In this document: positions 59,350 through 64,000 of the stretch, piece by piece
How the letters are laid out: each line of letters opens with the position of its first letter
How positions within the stretch are numbered: the stretch's first letter is position 1
The notes under the pieces: generated by a model
Seen by the model: the letters and a program-made list of their open reading frames with translations, nothing else
Databases searched by the model: none
Told to the model about the DNA's origin: nothing
Translations under genes and position numbers: made by a program
DNA from: Bilabrum cf. latius
Taxonomy: Eukaryota
NCBI GenBank assembly: GCA_965178125.1
Contig: OZ237750.1
Span: 372,001-436,000 of the forward strand
DNA: 64,000 bases
Direction: 5' to 3'

Positions 59350-62300
59350 TCATCCCCTCAGGGGCAGCTGGCCAACTAGCGGCCTCGAAGCCGCCTTGGC
59401 TGCGGCTGCCTTGCGAGCGCCACGCTCGCCCTCCTCCCTCTCACGAAGCGCCGCCTCGAACGCGTCTGCACCTCCCCTTGTCCTTGCCATGCCAGGCGCG
59501 AGGTACCCAGCCAAGCCGGCACCCGCAGCGTCCGACCCTCCCGCCCGCGATCCGATGTGACTGGCGTCAGTGCCCAGCGCCTTGGCAAGCATGTGCACGT
59601 AGGACCCATCGGTGGCAGAGGCGCTCATCAGCTCGTCACCCACCAACGGGCGGTAGCTCTCGCCCCACCTGGGGAACACGCGCTTGTACAGGGACAGGCA
59701 GATGGTGTCGTGGGGCTGGATCACCCTGTTGAACGAGCATTTGAACTTGCCGTGCGTGCCCACCGGACCCCTGAAATTCCCGGTCAGCCCGTGCTTCGTG
59801 GTGAGCTGCAGCTTCTGGAACCACCTCACATCGTCAGGGTTGTAGAACATGAACTTGACGACCGCCTTGTTGTTCTTGCAAGCGACGGGCAGGCCCGTCA
59901 GCAAGACACGCTTGAGCACCAGCTTGTCGGGGGCAGCGCCGAGGATGGTGCCGGTAGCCACAAGTGTCGGCCCGCTGCCGGCGGGCCCAGCACCGCCCGC
60001 ACCGCTGCTAGCACCTCCAGCCGTGCCGTCCTTTGGTCGCCTGTACACGAGAACGGGGCCAGGAGGGAAACTCACGGGCCCAAACACGGTCGCAATGTGC
60101 TGCTCACCGGGCTGCAGGAACCTGCTCATCCGAAGGCGGTCGCTCTTGTGCCTCTCCTGGGAGAAGATGGGCCTAGCATCGAACGACCGGAAGCCGACGT
60201 GGAACTCAAGATCGTCCTTGCTCTTGACCACCTCGTCCTCCTCGACGCCAGGCAGCATCTTGATCCTGTAGTGCATCACAGAGGTGACGTGCTCGTGCTG
60301 CAGCAAAGTGGATACCACCAGCGGCTCGTGCGCAGGCCTGGCTCGAACGGCGGCTGCGGGCACCCCAGCGATCTCGATGGTGACAAACTGCCCAGACGCG
60401 ATCCATCCCCGGCCCGCCCTCGCTCGGAGAGCCGCCGTGGTGCTGGCTGCCGTGGATCGCGAAGAGGCGAGAGACCCGAGGCTGCCCGCCATCGAGCTCA
60501 TCTCTGAAGTTGCGGCCCCAGACCCGTGCCGGGCACCGGAGGCGAAGTCCAGCTCATCTCGGCCGTCGAAATCGCCCACCATGCCTCCTACGGACCCAGC
60601 GTCATCGTCATCGCCGGCGCCTGCCTTGCCATACAACGAGTCGGCATCGCCTCCGTACACAGACTCGCCGGCCAGCCCGCGACCACCCATCACCGACCCC
60701 GCGACCGAAGCGCCGCGCCGGCTCATCGCGGCTCGCGACTTGGCGGCGTGCGAGGCCGTCCTCGCCACAGCCCGCTCCACTTCCATCTAGCTGGCAGCCA
60801 CTCCCTCGAGCTTGTCCGCCGCCGCCGACATCACGCGCTCCACCCGCGCGGCAGTTCTCGCGAAGTCCTTGAGCTGGAAGAGCCGTCCGTAGGAGCGAGG
60901 GAGGCTCTCATCGGTCCTCCATTCCGACCTGCTCTCGCTCTTGAGGCCCCTGTACTTGCCAAATCGGTGCGCAGCCGGCACGTCGATGGGTGTCTCCACC
61001 TCGTCTGGGAACTCCTTCTCCTCCTCGCGGAGCGCCCTTCGCGCCTCCATCTCGGCTAGCTTGGCAGCTGCGAGTGTCCGAGCCGTCTCGCCGTCCTCGT
61101 CCTCACCCTCCTCTGGAAACCCGCCATTCCCGTACGTCTCGGCGTCGTCTTCATCCTCGTCCTCGTCATCGTCGTCCTCGCCCATCATCCACGCCCTCGC
61201 AAAATCCTTCTCGTACTCCTTGCCCAGCTTGGCCGCCTCTGAGGAAACACCCATAGACCCGGGCCCGGGCGCGTCCCCTGCTTCCATGGCTGCCGCCCCC
61301 GAGGACGACGAAGCCGATGATGACGATGACGATGATGATGCTGATGGTGCGGCTGGCTCCCCGTCCATCGCCGCAGTGCCGGTGCCGGCCCCATCGCGAC
61401 CGGCAGCTGCCCCCCTCGCTCCCCCGACCGGCATACCCTCCTCATCCAGACCACTCTCGGCCTGCCTCATCTCCTCCATCGTGGGCCACGTCTGTTCCCC
61501 GCTCGTTGTGTCTTCCGGCGCCAGCGAAGCAAGCACAGGCCCGGCGGACTTGCTCGAAGCTGCCGCAGATGCGGGGCTGATCCCGCTCGCCAGCTTGGGC
61601 GCCTCGCCGATGGTGTCCCCTCTCGCGAACGCATCCAGTGCTGCCTTCATCTTGTCCGCGGCGTCGGCGCCGCTGGCCATGGGAAACGGCTGTGGAGGTG
61701 CGAGCACCTTACCCGGCAAGAAAGTGCCAATGCCCGCAAGGTGCAGCGCCTGCCTCTCGTGCAAAGGCCTGCCCCTGAGGTACCCGCTGACAGTGAGGGT
61801 TACGGTCTCCGGAGAATCGACAACCTTGCCGCTTGCTATCGCTTGACGGATGCACACGGCCGCCTCTGGTGCTAGCGGCTGCCCGGCCGCTGCCATGACC
61901 TCGGCGGCGGTCTTGGCTCCTGCCGCGATGGCAGCCGTGGTACCTGCTTCGTCCTTTTTGACGTGCGTGTGCACCGCCACCAGGTGGGACCGCCTGTCTC
62001 GCCACGTGAGAGGCCGGGGACGAGCCCCCGCGATGTGTCTCAGCAGCTGGTCGGAGCTCTCGGCGTCAACGAGCTTGCAGTCCGGTCCGATCTCAGTGCT
62101 GAACAGCCGCCCCGCCCACTTGCGTGCCTCCCCCTTGCGCTTACCCGCTGCCGACAGGCCCTGCACCGCGCCGATGGGCGAGGGCAGGCCCGCTGCCTTG
62201 ATGGCCGTGAGGCAGTCGTACGCGTGTTCCCCGAGGGCTTCATCGGGCCCGCGGCTGAGGTCCACGGCCATGACGAGTGCGTCGCAGACTCGCACAGTGG

Positions 62301-62880
62301 CAAGGCATGCTTCCACGGTCAAGGTGGGGACCAGGGTGAACGTGAATCGCTGCTTGAGCTTTACGTAGGAAGCAGTCACGAACTTGCTTTGGCTGACGGA
62401 TCCGTTGCTGAGCGTGGCCTGAACATCCGCCGAGCTGGCGAGAGAATCGATCAGGGCGCCCAGCCCGGTGCCACCGTGCGACAGAGAGATGAATCCGACA
62501 ACTTTAGGCGTTCCATGACCACCACCTACGCCGAGACGCCGCTTTACCCTCAAGTTTCTCTGTTTCTCCAGCCGCTTTTGGGCTAGCTAATTGGTTCTAG
62601 CTTGCCGGCTCGACTACGAGTTGGTTCTGCGCAGAAAGCTAGAGCCAATGTTTCAGATACAATAGCGTGAGATCCCATGCATGCACAAGAAGTGTTATGG
62701 ATGATTTGCGAAAGCTCACTTGGCCATCGCAGCATACTTTGCACCAACGATACTCCTACCGGAACTCTCCACCCTGCCTCCGCTCTTCCGGTCCAAGGCG
62801 CGCTTTGATGCATGGCCTCCCCCTTTATGTGCCTTGTTCCTCTATTTCTTTCGTCCCGAGCGGTGGTGGTGACCTGACAT
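59350..62880 (-). CDS. TSR1: Pre-rRNA-processing / 40S assembly factor TSR1
   Basis: MSGHHHRSGRKK*RNKAHKGG; intron 62627-62719; SGYLRG, HLAGIGTF, FPDEVETP, RFGKYRGLKS, VKSKDDL, RPIFSQ, KRVLLTG, FMFYNPDDVRWF, GTHGKFKC, LYKRVFPRW. 4 TAGs; TGA stop. Confidence 0.95.
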
Positions 62881-62999
62881 ACGGTTAGCGCAGAATGTGA
62901 GCGAGTTGCACTACAGAGGAGAACAGTAGTGCACGCTGCAGTGCAATGAAATTCATCAACACAATTTCGATGATCCTTCGAGCCCCACTGCCAGGGTGC

Positions 63000-63275
63000 A
63001 TGGCAGAAGTACCGGTTGCATTTGACGTTACTATACTGCTGTTTGCATCTGCTCGAGAGGCGTGCGGATCGAGCTCTCTCGAGGTATCGCTTCCAGGCCC
63101 GACATCCATCGCGGAAGTTCGCGAAGCCCTGAAGTCTATTGAAGAGCTGGGAGGAATACTGAAGGGGCAATCAGCTTTATTTGCTCTTAACGAGGAATAC
63201 GTCTTAGACGAGACTTCGGCAGTGGTAAGAAAGGGGGACAGCCTTGCATTGATTCCGCCGGTATCCGGGGGCTGA
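63000..63275 (+). CDS. MOCS2A: Molybdopterin synthase sulfur-carrier (small) subunit
   Basis: ILLFASARE...ALNEEY...GDSLALIPPVSGG-TGA; ubiquitin-like MoaD with C-terminal GG. Confidence 0.93.
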   Translation: MAEVPVAFDVTILLFASAREACGSSSLEVSLPGPTSIAEVREALKSIEELGGILKGQSALFALNEEYVLDETSAVVRKGDSLALIPPVSGG

Positions 63276-63313
63276 GAGTCCTTGAGACCGCTTGAACGCG
63301 ATATCTTCGAAGA

Positions 63314-64000
63314 ATGGAAGGAACAAGTGATAGCAAGGATACCACAGAGCCAGTTACCAGCTCTAGCAAGTGCCCCATCACGGTGCGGCTTGGCCCAAGC
63401 AGCGCGGGCATCCCGGAGCCATCGGCAGCTGAATTAAAGCACGACAACATTTGGGTTAGGATTTCAGGCGACAAGATAGCCCCCGAAGAATTGATCAAAT
63501 TTTGCACAAGACCAAAAGCCGGCGGCATCGGCGTATTCCTGGGGACCACTCGCGATTCGTTCAAGGGCAAGAAAGTGGTCCGGCTAGAATACGAAGGCTT
63601 CTCCAAGATGGCCGCCGCCACGGGCGTCCGGCTGTGCCAGCAGGCGATGGATACTTTTAAACTATCCGCCACAGGCGTCTTTCATCGGCTCGGCAGCGTG
63701 CCTGTGACGGAGAGCAGCGTCGTGGTTGTGGCAAGCTCCGTGCATAGGCGTGAGGCGATGCAGGCGGCTGGGTGGCTCATTGACGAGGTGAAGGCGAGGC
63801 TGCCTGTGTGGAAGCTAGAGTGGTACTAGGGTGATGAAAGGGCCTGGAAAGAGAACTGCGAGTGCGCGTTCGAGGCCATGAAGCGGAGGGCCAGCGAGCG
63901 TGAGGCGGCAGGGGCAGGGGCAGGGACAGGGGCAGGGGCAGGGGCAGGGGCAGGGGCAGGGGCAGGGGCAGGGGCAGGGGCAGGGGCAGGGGCAGGTGCT
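63314..64000 (+). CDS. MOCS2B: Molybdopterin synthase catalytic (large) subunit, 3' truncated by window
   Basis: GGIGVFLGTTRD, LEYEG, HRLGSVPVTESSV, SSVHRREA, DEVKARLPVWKLEWY*GDERAWKENCE. The conserved WKEN motif lies after TAG 63827-63829. Confidence 0.93.
63908..63996 (+). repeat. (GCAGGG)n hexamer microsatellite, in frame as an Ala-Gly repeat in the MOCS2B tail
   Basis: About 15 near-perfect tandem units at the window end. Confidence 0.9.

Noticed and set aside
1-64000. Genes are pseudogenes, or the TAGs are sequencing or assembly errors
   Set aside because: Decay or error would also produce TAA, TGA and frameshifts. Only TAG occurs internally, in essential genes with intact catalytic motifs, and several TAGs sit on Gln columns.
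63908-64000. (GGGGCA)n as a telomere or CRISPR-like repeat
   Set aside because: It has no spacers, is not a TTAGGG-type unit, and lies in frame in MOCS2B as an Ala-Gly repeat like the one in the NEK tail.

Overview
GC-rich, very gene-dense eukaryotic nuclear DNA with about 24 protein genes, short GT-AG spliceosomal introns and mostly 100-300 bp intergenic gaps. The composition and gene set suggest a heterotrophic protist, possibly a Cafeteria-like bicosoecid stramenopile (inference only). The main observation is a non-standard nuclear genetic code. About 100 in-frame TAG codons (hand count) interrupt otherwise intact genes, and several fall on conserved glutamine positions (cyclin H STQ, TSR1 KQxNKAHK, SUMF1 KQD). 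Read this way, every complete gene ends in TGA (21) or TAA (2), and I found no internal TAA or TGA. UAG therefore appears to encode Gln while UAA remains a stop, a rare uncoupling of UAG from UAA. The supplied ORF track is fragmented for this reason; gene models below were rebuilt by hand with TAG=Q. Homolog motifs are quoted from memory and need checking by alignment. Secondary findings include a tandem MOCS2A/MOCS2B pair 38 nt apart, a bacterial-type rhamnose mutarotase with a mitochondrial-like presequence, a PTS1 reachable only through TAG, and a local group of carbohydrate-active genes.
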